Positions 45,913-55,985 of a stretch of 64,000 nt of DNA are shown in pieces. Positions within the stretch are counted from its first letter, which is position 1; the number at the start of each line of letters is the position of its first letter. A program made the translations under genes and the position numbers. The notes beneath the pieces were generated by a model. The model saw only the letters and a list, made by a program, of their open reading frames with translations. It had not been told where the DNA came from and searched no databases. The stretch comes from Burkholderiales bacterium (GTDB taxonomy: Bacteria > Pseudomonadota > Gammaproteobacteria > Burkholderiales > Burkholderiaceae_C). The DNA is taken from positions 33,496-97,495 of the forward strand of contig JAFKGD010000015.1 of assembly GCA_017307855.1 (NCBI GenBank). Reading direction: 5' to 3'.

Positions 45913-47238
45913 TCAGGGGTAGAGGCCGCGCAGCTCGCGCGCATGCAGGATGCGTGTGCACGCGATGATGAAAGTGGCCGTGCGCAGGCTCACCTTGTGT
46001 TCCTGGGCCGTCAGCCAGATGGCGTTGAATGCGGCCTTCATGATGCGCACCAGGCGCGCGTTGATCTCGTCCTCGTCCCAGAAGAACGACGAGAAATCCT
46101 GCACCCACTCGAAGTAACTCACCGTCACGCCGCCCGCGTTGGCGATCACGTCGGGCAGCACCAGCACGCCACGTTCCTGCAGGATGTCGTCCGCCTCGGG
46201 CGTGGTAGGACCGTTGGCGCCTTCGATCACCATGCGCGCCCGGATCTTGCCGGCATTGGTCTTGTTGATCTGGCCTTCCAGTGCGGCGGGGATGAGGATG
46301 TCGCAATCCACCTGCCAGAACTGGTCGTCGGCGATCTTCTCACCGTCGGCGAAGCCGGCCACCGTGCGGTGCTCGGCGACGTGCTTGAGCAGCTCGGGCA
46401 CGTTGAGCCCCGCTTCGCGGTACACCGTGCCGCCATGGTCCTGCACTGCCACTACACGCGCGCCGGCCTCGGCGAACAGCTTGGCCGCCACGCCGCCCAC
46501 GTTGCCAAAGCCCTGCACGATCAGGCGGGCCTGGCTGACGTCGAGGCCGATGTGCCTGGCGGCTTCCACGCCCACGGTGAACACGCCACGACCCGTGGCT
46601 TCCACACGGCCCAGCGATCCGCCGAGGTCAATCGGCTTGCCCGTGACCACGCCGGTGGCGGTGGAGCCCTGGTTCATGGAATACGTGTCCATCATCCAGG
46701 CCATGACCTGGCCGTCGGTGTTAACGTCGGGAGCGGGGATGTCCTTGTTGGGGCCGATGATGATGCCGATCTCGCTGGTGTAGCGGCGCGTGAGGCGTTC
46801 GAGCTCGCCGCGCGAGAGCAGGCGGGGGTCGACGCGGATGCCGCCTTTGGCACCGCCGTAGGGCACGTTGACCGCGGCGTTCTTGATCGACATCCAGGCC
46901 GACAGCGCCATCACCTCCGACAGCGTGACGTCCTGATGAAAGCGCACGCCCCCCTTGCCCGGCCCGCGCGATGTGTTGTGCTGGACCCGGTAGCCTTCGA
47001 AATGCGCCACCGTGCCATTGTCGAGCTCGATCGGCACGTCGACGATCAGTGATCGCTTGGGGCGCTTGAGGGTCTCGACCCAGCGCGAGAGATTGCCCAG
47101 GTAAGGCGTGACGCGATCCACCTGCTGCAGGTAGATGCCCCATGGGCCGAGATGGCTGGGATCAAGGTAAGAGGGCAAGGCGCCCGGTGCGGGGGCAGCA
47201 GCCGGGGACGGGGCTGCTGCGCGGGATGCTTGAGACAC
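45913..47238 (-). CDS. gdhA: Glutamate dehydrogenase (Glu/Leu/Phe/Val dehydrogenase family)
   Basis: 441 aa with a GTG start and RBS AGGAG. Motif [14 protein letters not shown] and a Rossmann GFGNVGG. Confidence 0.9.
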   Translation of the reverse strand: MSQASRAAAPSPAAAPAPGALPSYLDPSHLGPWGIYLQQVDRVTPYLGNLSRWVETLKRPKRSLIVDVPIELDNGTVAHFEGYRVQHNTSRGPGKGGVRFHQDVTLSEVMALSAWMSIKNAAVNVPYGGAKGGIRVDPRLLSRGELERLTRRYTSEIGIIIGPNKDIPAPDVNTDGQVMAWMMDTYSMNQGSTATGVVTGKPIDLGGSLGRVEATGRGVFTVGVEAARHIGLDVSQARLIVQGFGNVGGVAAKLFAEAGARVVAVQDHGGTVYREAGLNVPELLKHVAEHRTVAGFADGEKIADDQFWQVDCDILIPAALEGQINKTNAGKIRARMVIEGANGPTTPEADDILQERGVLVLPDVIANAGGVTVSYFEWVQDFSSFFWDEDEINARLVRIMKAAFNAIWLTAQEHKVSLRTATFIIACTRILHARELRGLYP

Positions 47239-47412
47239 GGAGGACTCCTGGGGACGCTGGCACGACGCCAGCGATCGCTAGGTTAGGCAGGGCCCGCGCA
47301 GTTGTCCAAAGCCGTTTGGGCTACGCCTTATGCATGAAATGCATGCTTGAGAAAATTCCGAGCCGGTGGCGATACCGCGCCACCCTCCTGCCGCGACAAG
47401 CGCCGGGTGCTC

Positions 47413-48828
<1,416 letters not shown>

Positions 48829-48863
48829 TGGGCAACAATAATCGGGTTCAACCCCGATCGGGC

Positions 48864-49916
48864 ATGAGAGCAGAAGAATCGCAAATTTTATCGGCGTTCC
48901 ACGAGCCGGCGGCTTCGTCGGAGCCGGCGGCGCAGCTGCTGGTGTTCGACGCCTGCCAGCTGGGTGTCGTGCTGCGTGCGGTGCTTTTCGTCGAGGCGGT
49001 TGTGGCTGTGGCGTCCATGTATGGTGCGGCCGGCCCTTCGCACTGGTTGTTGCGCGCCTCGCTGATCACTGCCGTGGCGCTTCCGGCCACGCTGGCCTGG
49101 CTGATCGTCGCCTGCGCCGGCAAGCGCGCGCTCGCGCGTCTGCCGCGGTGGGCCCAGTACCTGGCAGGCGCGAGCCTGGGCGCGCTGGCCGGACTCTACG
49201 GTTGCGGCATGCTGGCGCTGGCGAGCTACGCCGAGGCCGTTCCCTGGCTGGCAGGCGCCAGCACCGGCGCGCTGATGGCTGCCCTGCTGGTCGGCGGCCT
49301 GGAACTGCGGGCGCGAGGCCGCACACCGGCCGACACCACCGCGCGCCTGGCCGAGTTGCAGTCGCGCATCCGGCCGCACTTTCTCTTCAATACCCTCAAC
49401 AGCGCCATCGCGCTGGTACGCGCCGAGCCGGCCAAGGCGGAAGCCCTGCTGGAAGATCTCAGTGATCTGTTCCGCGCCGCGCTGGTGGAGCAGGGAGACT
49501 CGGTGACATTGGACGAAGAAATCCGCATGGCCGAGCGTTATCTGGCGATCGAGCAGGTGCGGTTCGGTGACCGGTTGCGCATCGGCTGGCATCTCGATCC
49601 TGACGCCGACACCGCCCGGCTGCCGCCGCTTCTGCTCCAGCCGCTGGTGGAGAATGCCGTACGCCATGGCGTGGAGCCCAGCGACAGCGGCGCCGACATC
49701 GAAATCAGCACCGAACGGCGCCGCAACACGGTCGTCATCAAGGTTGCCAATACCGTTCCGGCCGGACCGGGCACGCCAGGACACGGCGTGGCGCTGAACA
49801 ATGTGCGCGACCGGCTGCATTTGCTGCACGACGTGCGCGTGCAGTTCAGCGCAGCCTTGGATGGTGGCGTGTTCCGCGTCCGCATCGAATTACCCGTTGG
49901 GGGAGAAGTCCGATGA
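48864..49916 (+). CDS. LytS/AlgZ(FimS)-type sensor histidine kinase
   Basis: ATG at 48864 chosen because the GTG at 48822 would overlap the argH start. Membrane N-terminus, then the His_kinase motif [17 protein letters not shown] and [14 protein letters not shown]. Sits beside argH, as algZ does in Pseudomonas. Confidence 0.85.
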   Translation: MRAEESQILSAFHEPAASSEPAAQLLVFDACQLGVVLRAVLFVEAVVAVASMYGAAGPSHWLLRASLITAVALPATLAWLIVACAGKRALARLPRWAQYLAGASLGALAGLYGCGMLALASYAEAVPWLAGASTGALMAALLVGGLELRARGRTPADTTARLAELQSRIRPHFLFNTLNSAIALVRAEPAKAEALLEDLSDLFRAALVEQGDSVTLDEEIRMAERYLAIEQVRFGDRLRIGWHLDPDADTARLPPLLLQPLVENAVRHGVEPSDSGADIEISTERRRNTVVIKVANTVPAGPGTPGHGVALNNVRDRLHLLHDVRVQFSAALDGGVFRVRIELPVGGEVR

Positions 49917-50656
49917 CCCTGAGAGTCCTGATCGTCGATGACGAGCCGCTTGCCCGGGCACGGCTGCGCACCCTGCTGGGGGACTGCGCTGATCCGACCG
50001 CCCAGGTCGTGGCCGAGGCCGGCAATGCCACCCAGGCCATGGACCTGATCACGCGGGAGCGTTTCGATCTCGCGCTGATAGACATCCACATGCCGGGGGC
50101 CGATGGCCTCAAGCTGGCCCAGGCGATGCGTGGCGTGGACCGGCCGCCGATGGTGGTCTTCGTGACCGCCCACCCCGGCCATGCGGTGACGGCATTCGAA
50201 CTCGATGCGGTGGACTACCTCACCAAGCCGGTACGCATCGAGCGGTTGCGCCAGGCGCTGGTGAAGGCCGAGCGCTTCCTGCGCGAGCGCGAGGCGCCGG
50301 CCGATGAGCCCGTGCTCGTCATCCAGGACCGGGGGCGCACGGAGCGGGTGCCGTTCGCGGAGATCCTGTATTTCAAGGCCGAACTGAAGTACGTCACCGT
50401 GCGAACAGCCGCCCGCAGCTACATCCTGGACGGCTCGCTGGCCGAGCTCGAAGCCCGGCTGACCGGCCAGTTCCTTCGCATCCATCGAAACGCCCTGGTG
50501 GCGCGCCGCGCCGTGCGCTCACTGGAAAAGCACTACAGCACCGAGCCCGGCGAAGAAGGGGAAGGCTGGGCCATCCGCCTCACCGGCGTCCAGGAGGTGC
50601 TGGCCGTGTCGCGACGCCAACTGGCGGCTGTCCGCGAAGCAATCGCGTCAGGCTGA
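49913..50656 (+). CDS. LytTR-family response regulator (AlgR-like)
   Basis: 247 aa. Receiver (VLIVDDEPLAR...LALIDIHMPG...KP) plus a LytTR domain (ILYFKAELKYVTVRT...FLRIHRNALV). ATGA overlap with the kinase gene. Confidence 0.92.
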   Translation: MTLRVLIVDDEPLARARLRTLLGDCADPTAQVVAEAGNATQAMDLITRERFDLALIDIHMPGADGLKLAQAMRGVDRPPMVVFVTAHPGHAVTAFELDAVDYLTKPVRIERLRQALVKAERFLREREAPADEPVLVIQDRGRTERVPFAEILYFKAELKYVTVRTAARSYILDGSLAELEARLTGQFLRIHRNALVARRAVRSLEKHYSTEPGEEGEGWAIRLTGVQEVLAVSRRQLAAVREAIASG

Positions 50657-50672
50657 CAAGACGCGAGCTACA

Positions 50673-50724
50673 GGTTTCCGTTCCAGCGTCTTCGGACTTC
50701 GCTCCGGGGATGGTCGGTTTCGGC
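50673..50724 (+). promoter_or_regulatory. Three phased TTCG-core direct repeats (candidate LytTR/AlgR-type sites)
   Basis: GGTTTCCGT (50673), GACTTCGCT (50695) and GGTTTCGGC (50716), spaced 22 and 21 bp. Each matches GGYTTCGAT from the 52944 site at 7 of 9 positions. They lie 74-125 bp upstream of the RES-like gene start. Confidence 0.4.
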
Positions 50725-50797
50725 GCACTGAACGCGCGGCACGCGACATCCCTCCTAACCTGCGGCGCTTGCGATGCTGCACGGAGGATCGATGCGC

Positions 50798-51394
50798 ATG
50801 AGACTTTTCCGACTGGCGTTTCCGGACCAGTCGTTGACGCGCACGGCGCGGCGGATGAAGGACTTGCAAAGGTGCGGGGACATCAACAGCGAACACCTCA
50901 GACCTTGTGTCGCCTACGAGTCGGCTGAGCTCGCGGCCATGTGCTCAAGCGAACTTCTGTGGAGTGTCCGCCGCAAGACAGAACTCCTGCGGGAGACCGT
51001 GACACTGCCTGGCGGCACCGGGCTGCATGGTCTCGCACCGGCCGCGGTGTGCGAGTCGTTCGATGCGCAGTACACGCCATCGCTGCCGCTGGTCGAGCAT
51101 ATGGTGGCGCACGGGCTGTTGTCGCTCTGGGTTCCAAGCGCCCATGCGGGCCACCAGCATGCGGTGTTCATCAACCCTTGCCACGCGGCGTTTGCGGACA
51201 TCGTCATCGAGAAGCGGCATATCGTGCTGACCCGGCCGCCATGGAGCGGATACGTCGAGTCGTCGGATCGCATGATGCTCGCTGCGGGAATCCACACGGC
51301 CGAACCGGCTGCGCCGAGCGGGCTCGCCTGGCGCTGGATTTCAGAGGATATTTCTCGGCATACGGCAGGTTTACTCCATGCATCGGATGGTTGA
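50798..51394 (+). CDS. RES-domain-like protein (NAD-targeting toxin family relative), atypical context
   Basis: ATG at 50798 sits 9 nt after GGAGGA (50783-50788). MRLFRLAF..., RPCVAYESAELAAMCSSELL and LLSLWVPSAHAGHQHAVFINPCHAAFADIVIE resemble the RES family pattern (G-R-W/F-N...Y..S...E...VPS...NP.H). The G-R-x-N position reads G-D-I-N. GC3 pattern supports this frame. Confidence 0.55.
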   Translation: MRLFRLAFPDQSLTRTARRMKDLQRCGDINSEHLRPCVAYESAELAAMCSSELLWSVRRKTELLRETVTLPGGTGLHGLAPAAVCESFDAQYTPSLPLVEHMVAHGLLSLWVPSAHAGHQHAVFINPCHAAFADIVIEKRHIVLTRPPWSGYVESSDRMMLAAGIHTAEPAAPSGLAWRWISEDISRHTAGLLHASDG

Positions 51395-52173
51395 GGGCGG
51401 AATTCGTCGATCCAGTCGAATTTGAACCATTCGGTTACATCTGGGCAAAAATCGGCCTGCCCTCAGCTTTGAGCCCATCCGATATGCCATCTGTTACTGC
51501 ATTTCTCCGGCACTGGTTGCCGCGTCAGAGTTCCGGAAGTGAGCGGGCTGCCCGAGCCGCAGGCAGCGGGTCCGAGACCGCCGAGTCCGCTACGCTGGCT
51601 GATTCGCACCTGATCATGAATGTCTTCAATCAGCTGGCGGCGAGCATGCATGCCCGCCTGGGTGAAGAAGATCCACGGCTGTTTGCGCTGGCCGACTATC
51701 TACGTCTGGTGCTTCGCTGTGGCAACGTTGACAAGCTGTCTGTGCACGAAGAATTCCTGCTGCTTCAGAGTTACATCCAGCTGGTGGCCCGCAATCGCCC
51801 GATAGACCTCTCTTTCGAATTCAGTCCTGGTGCGGAGGAGGAGGGCGGCCATGGGCGCCTCGTCCAGCGGCATCTGGCATGCGATCTCGTGGGCGCCGTA
51901 TTGAAAGCACTGCCCGGCGGAGGAGCGAGTGCCACGCGCCTGCGTATCGGGTTCGAGAACGGCGGGCCTGGCTGCGCCTACGTCCTGCATGCTTCGCTGG
52001 TTTGTCCGGATGCCGCCGAATTCGAACGCCGGCTTCGCAACGAACTGGACGGCATGGCCGATCGCTTCGACCTGCCTGGCGGCGGGCCGAAACAATCCTA
52101 TGGCAGGTCGGGAACGCACGTCACCTGGTCTGCCACCGTCGTGGGCCAACCGGCTTACCAGGGGGCCGTATGA
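51391..52173 (+). CDS. Soluble LytS/His_kinase-type protein with a degenerate ATPase region
   Basis: SHLIMNVFNQLAASM...LADYLRLVL...LSVHEEFLLLQSYIQLVARNR aligns with the AlgZ-like paralog ([10 protein letters not shown]...LSDLFRAAL...[21 protein letters not shown]). No TM segments. The N-box Asn and DxGxG are not recognisable. Start is uncertain: TTG 51391 overlapping the upstream stop, or ATG 51484. Confidence 0.6.
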   Translation: MRAEFVDPVEFEPFGYIWAKIGLPSALSPSDMPSVTAFLRHWLPRQSSGSERAARAAGSGSETAESATLADSHLIMNVFNQLAASMHARLGEEDPRLFALADYLRLVLRCGNVDKLSVHEEFLLLQSYIQLVARNRPIDLSFEFSPGAEEEGGHGRLVQRHLACDLVGAVLKALPGGGASATRLRIGFENGGPGCAYVLHASLVCPDAAEFERRLRNELDGMADRFDLPGGGPKQSYGRSGTHVTWSATVVGQPAYQGAV

Positions 52174-52916
52174 GGAGCCTATCGGTCATCCTGGCTGACG
52201 ACGATCGTGAGCAGTTGCGCTATCTCCAAGACCTGATCCACGTCCTTCGCCCCCACTGGACGGTCATCGCAGCGCTCGACGACATCACGTCGTTGCCGGC
52301 GTTGATCCAGAGTGAGCAGCCGTCCCTGTGCATTCTTGACGTCGGCTTCGAAGATACGAATGGAATAGACACGGTTCGAAATATTCCGAGCGCTCCTCCC
52401 ATCATCTACGTCACGGGCGACCCCTCCGCTGCTGTGAGGGCATTCGATACGCCGGCTATCGACTTCATCGTCAAACCCATACGCCGTGACCGTTTCGAGC
52501 AAGCGCTGGAGAGGGCCGAAAAACAGGTCGGGCTGCTCGCGGCCGAGAGGAGCCAGGCCGAGCGTTCCGATACCAGCCGCGTCGTGACGCCCACCATGGT
52601 CCGGATGATGCGCGGCGAAGATCTCATGATCGTCTCGCTGGACGAAGTCCGCTACTTCCAGGCGGATCGCAAGTACACGCGCGTGGTCCTCCAGTCCCAG
52701 GAAGGCATGCTGCGAATGAGCCTGTACGCCATCGAACCGTACATCAATGCGGACCACTTCTGGCGCATTCACAGAGGCTGCATCATCAACGCCCGGCGCG
52801 TGTCGCTGGCCAAGCGGGATGATCTGGGTCGTCTGTTCATCCGAGTCCAGGACCGGCCCGAGAGCCTGCCGGTCGCCAGGCCGTACGAGTACCTGTTCAA
52901 GGATGGCTTCTCCTGA
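52170..52916 (+). CDS. LytTR-family response regulator
   Basis: Start MRSLSVILADDDREQL (ATGA overlap with the upstream stop). Receiver D (LCILDV), T (YVTGD) and K (IVKP). LytTR domain VRYFQADRKYTRVVL...FWRIHRGCIIN. Confidence 0.9.
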   Translation: MRSLSVILADDDREQLRYLQDLIHVLRPHWTVIAALDDITSLPALIQSEQPSLCILDVGFEDTNGIDTVRNIPSAPPIIYVTGDPSAAVRAFDTPAIDFIVKPIRRDRFEQALERAEKQVGLLAAERSQAERSDTSRVVTPTMVRMMRGEDLMIVSLDEVRYFQADRKYTRVVLQSQEGMLRMSLYAIEPYINADHFWRIHRGCIINARRVSLAKRDDLGRLFIRVQDRPESLPVARPYEYLFKDGFS

Positions 52917-52943
52917 ATGTGCACAGGGGCGAACTGTCACGAA

Positions 52944-52973
52944 GGTTTCGATCTTGATTCTGAGGGCTTCGAT
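52944..52973 (+). promoter_or_regulatory. 9-12-9 direct repeat GGTTTCGAT-N12-GGCTTCGAT (candidate LytTR binding site)
   Basis: 8 of 9 identical 9-mers at 52944-52952 and 52965-52973, separated by exactly 12 nt. This is the canonical LytTR-site geometry. Lies 89-118 bp upstream of the hybrid kinase start (53062). Confidence 0.55.
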
Positions 52974-53061
52974 ATCGCCTGAACACAACTGACGATAGCC
53001 CTGTGACGCAGGCCGCAGGGGCTTCTAGGATGGGCCGGCTTTCGGACCGCCGTTCTTCCAG

Positions 53062-54891
53062 ATGTCCATCCCCTTCTTCGGCCGCGCCGCTGGCAAACAG
53101 CGTGTTTCAGGACTGTCGTCCTTGCCCCACGTCGATGTGGCGAGCCAGATCTCCCGGGAACGCATGGAGGTTGCCTGGCGCCAGGCCACCCGCACGATCC
53201 CCGGTCTGGCCGCTGCCGGAATGGGCGCTCTCTGGATGTGGGCGGCGACGGACAGGCTTGCATTGGGAAGTCTCTGGATCCTTGCCTGTCTGTTGCAGAC
53301 GGGGCTGATGTGGCTGGCCGCGCGACGCTACTTGAGGCTGGACGAAGCCGAGCGTCGACGGCATTACAGGGCGTTCTGGTGGAGCAACACCATCGGTGGC
53401 CTTCTACACGGCGCGCTGTGCACCACCTTCGCGTGGAGTGTGATTCCTGGGCTGGATCCGCCCGCACGCGCTTCCGCATCGGTGGCTTTGCTGGTCTTGG
53501 GGGGATGGCTGGCCAGCACCGGCTCCCTGCTGCGCGTCGGCTTCCTGTTCTCCGCGCTGTTGCCAACCTCGTCCTTGTGCCTCATCTGGTGGCCCGGCGC
53601 CCCTGCCGATGCGGCGGGTGCCGTGGTCGTCCTCATGTTCGGACTGGCACTGGTGTGGATGCACAGGGAGCAGGAACTTCTCCTTCAACGCTCCGTTCTC
53701 GCGCAGATGCGCAACGCAATGCTGATGCGCGAGGCATTGCAGCGCAGCCAGCTCATCGAGTCGATCAACAAGAAGAAGACCGAGATCATTGCTGCCGCCA
53801 GTCATGACTTGCGGCAGCCTGTCCATGCGCTCGGACTGCTCGTCCAGCGGCTGCATCCGAATCTGGGGGAGGCCGACCAACTGGTGCTTTTCCATCAGGT
53901 GCGATCCCGGGTGGCCGTGATCTCGGAGATGCTGGCTGGCCTGCTCGACCTGTCGAAGTTCGACAGCGGAAGCTACAAGGTGCGCCTCGAGACGGTCCGC
54001 TTGACCGACGTCGTGGAGGAAGTCGTCGGGCTCTTCGAGGACCGGGCACACCGGAAGAACCTCCGGTTGCGGCACGAGGTCGAGGATGTGGATATCCAGA
54101 CGGATGCGGCGTTGCTCAAGCAGATCATCCACAACCTCATCAGTAACGCGATCAAATACACGGCAAAGGGCGAGGTGGCGATCGTCGGCGGCTACGGAGG
54201 GGCGGGTTCGTTTCTCCTTCAGGTGCGCGATACCGGGATCGGTATTCCGCGTGGCAACCTCGACGAGATCTTCATGGAGTACTTCCGGCTGCCGGTCCAT
54301 CGCAATGGAAGCGAGGACGGTCTCGGCATCGGCCTGGCATTGGTCAAGCGCGCGTGCTCGTTGCTGAGCTACCGCGTCCACGTCAAGTCGATCGTGGGTG
54401 GTGGCAGCCGCTTCACGCTTGAAATTCCGGCGATGAGGGTGGCGCCGCATCGTCGCCAGGTGGATCTCCTGCCGGCCGACACGGTGCCCGGGGATTCTGC
54501 AGGTAACCAGGAGCATTGCATCCTGCTGCTGGAGAACGATGAGGTCGCGCACGACGCCATGGTTCGCCTGGTCTCGGACTGGGGCTATCGCGTCATCGCC
54601 AACACGGACGGCGAGCGCATGCTGCAACGCCTGAGAACTGATCCTGCATTGCGGCCCGATCTCATCGTCTCGGACATGCATCTGGGCGGGCCCAAGGATG
54701 GCGTGCAGTACATCGAGGCCATCCGGGAGATCATGGGAGCTCCCAGGCTGCCTGGTCTGGTGGTGACCGGCGATCTGGGGCGTGAGCTTCAGGAGCGTGC
54801 GGCCAAGAAGGGCATCCGCATCCTGTACAAGCCACTCCAGCCGCGGATCCTGAAGGCCGCCATCAGAGGCGTCCTGCGCTCTCCCGGCTAG
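53062..54891 (+). CDS. Hybrid sensor histidine kinase (membrane N-terminus, HisKA, HATPase, C-terminal receiver)
   Basis: 609 aa with about 5-6 TM helices. H-box AASHDLRQPVHAL, N-box LISNAIKYT, G-boxes VRDTGIGIP and GLGIGLALV. Receiver ILLLENDEVAHD...LIVSDMHLGG...YKP. Confidence 0.88.
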   Translation: MSIPFFGRAAGKQRVSGLSSLPHVDVASQISRERMEVAWRQATRTIPGLAAAGMGALWMWAATDRLALGSLWILACLLQTGLMWLAARRYLRLDEAERRRHYRAFWWSNTIGGLLHGALCTTFAWSVIPGLDPPARASASVALLVLGGWLASTGSLLRVGFLFSALLPTSSLCLIWWPGAPADAAGAVVVLMFGLALVWMHREQELLLQRSVLAQMRNAMLMREALQRSQLIESINKKKTEIIAAASHDLRQPVHALGLLVQRLHPNLGEADQLVLFHQVRSRVAVISEMLAGLLDLSKFDSGSYKVRLETVRLTDVVEEVVGLFEDRAHRKNLRLRHEVEDVDIQTDAALLKQIIHNLISNAIKYTAKGEVAIVGGYGGAGSFLLQVRDTGIGIPRGNLDEIFMEYFRLPVHRNGSEDGLGIGLALVKRACSLLSYRVHVKSIVGGGSRFTLEIPAMRVAPHRRQVDLLPADTVPGDSAGNQEHCILLLENDEVAHDAMVRLVSDWGYRVIANTDGERMLQRLRTDPALRPDLIVSDMHLGGPKDGVQYIEAIREIMGAPRLPGLVVTGDLGRELQERAAKKGIRILYKPLQPRILKAAIRGVLRSPG

Positions 54892-54908
54892 GCGACCGAG
54901 GGCCCCGG

Positions 54909-55607
54909 TCAGCTGCGGATGCCCGTCGCCGGCATCTCTGCGCCAGCCGGTGTGCCCTGCGCGTTCAGCGACAGCGGCCAGGTGTCCACGAAGTCCTGAT
55001 GGGTCTGGAGCATCATCTCCGGCCAGGCGGAAAGCACTTCGATGTATCTCAGATAGGTGCTGCGGACGACTTGGGCAAATGCATCGGCCCATGAACGGAA
55101 CACGACGTCCATCTCAAGGGGCGAGAGCAACACGGCTTCCTGCAGGGCTCGCTCCAGGCACAACGAGTAGCGGAGGGGATCGAAAGCACTGCCTTTGACC
55201 TCGAAGTTGCAATCTTCGCGCCTGATCATGCGCGTAAGCGCCAGCGTTTCGGTGCGGCACCCGGCCTGTGCACGGCGGCCCAGATGCAGAACATGATCCG
55301 AGTAGTCGTCGTGCGGCGGTTCTGCCGTCGGGACACTGCGAAGGTCCTGGAGCCGCCAGGCCATGAAGCGCTCGCTGACCGCGCCTGCGTTCGCCAGCAG
55401 ACGAAGGGCGAGCGAGCGCTGCAGATGCGGGCGATAGACCAAGGCGGCCGCATCCGCGTAGACGAAAAGGAGACAACGCCTCAGGAACGCAGGCAACAGC
55501 AAATGGTTGTCGTAAACGGCAAACTCGATGAGCGTCGCGCGCATCGATAGTTCATAGCGGGGTTCGAAACCGTCCATCAGAGTGCCCTCACGAGTCAAGG
55601 TGTGCAT
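54909..55607 (-). CDS. Hypothetical protein (no recognisable domain)
   Basis: Start taken at MHTLTREG (55607), with an alternative MDGFEPRY at 55577. The G/C-rich third-position pattern supports coding. The upstream part of the 364-aa track ORF overlaps a promoter region and looks non-coding. Confidence 0.5.
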   Translation of the reverse strand: MHTLTREGTLMDGFEPRYELSMRATLIEFAVYDNHLLLPAFLRRCLLFVYADAAALVYRPHLQRSLALRLLANAGAVSERFMAWRLQDLRSVPTAEPPHDDYSDHVLHLGRRAQAGCRTETLALTRMIRREDCNFEVKGSAFDPLRYSLCLERALQEAVLLSPLEMDVVFRSWADAFAQVVRSTYLRYIEVLSAWPEMMLQTHQDFVDTWPLSLNAQGTPAGAEMPATGIRS

Positions 55608-55985
55608 GATGGTTCGGAAATTTGTAGCGTGAAGGCTGGGGGAGCGAGCGCTTCGGGGGCGGGAGCAGGCCTGCGCTGCGCAGGATCGGACCATGGCATC
55701 GGCGGCGTCAGGCGGCGTGCTTGGTCCCATGCCACATGCCGGGCGGGATCGGGGATTCCACTGTTCCGCGTTACGTCCCACGTTCCACCGGGTGTTACGT
55801 AGCAAGTACTCGTCCATCGAGGGCTTGAAGCTGTAAAGCGGAGGGCGCAACGCACAGTTCGCCGGTTTTTTGACGAATTGGGAGCGTTTTGCGGGATTTT
55901 GGGACCCAGTGGTTTGGTTGCACGTTCTGGCCCGGGAATTGCCCTTCTGAACGCATATCCACCCGCAAATCCAAGGAGCGAAGAC

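Noticed and set aside
47258-47263. TGGCAC that could be the -24 element of a sigma-54 promoter near gdhA
   Set aside because: It is on the wrong strand for gdhA. It sits only 20-25 bp from the start codon and is not followed by a TTGC -12 element at the correct spacing.
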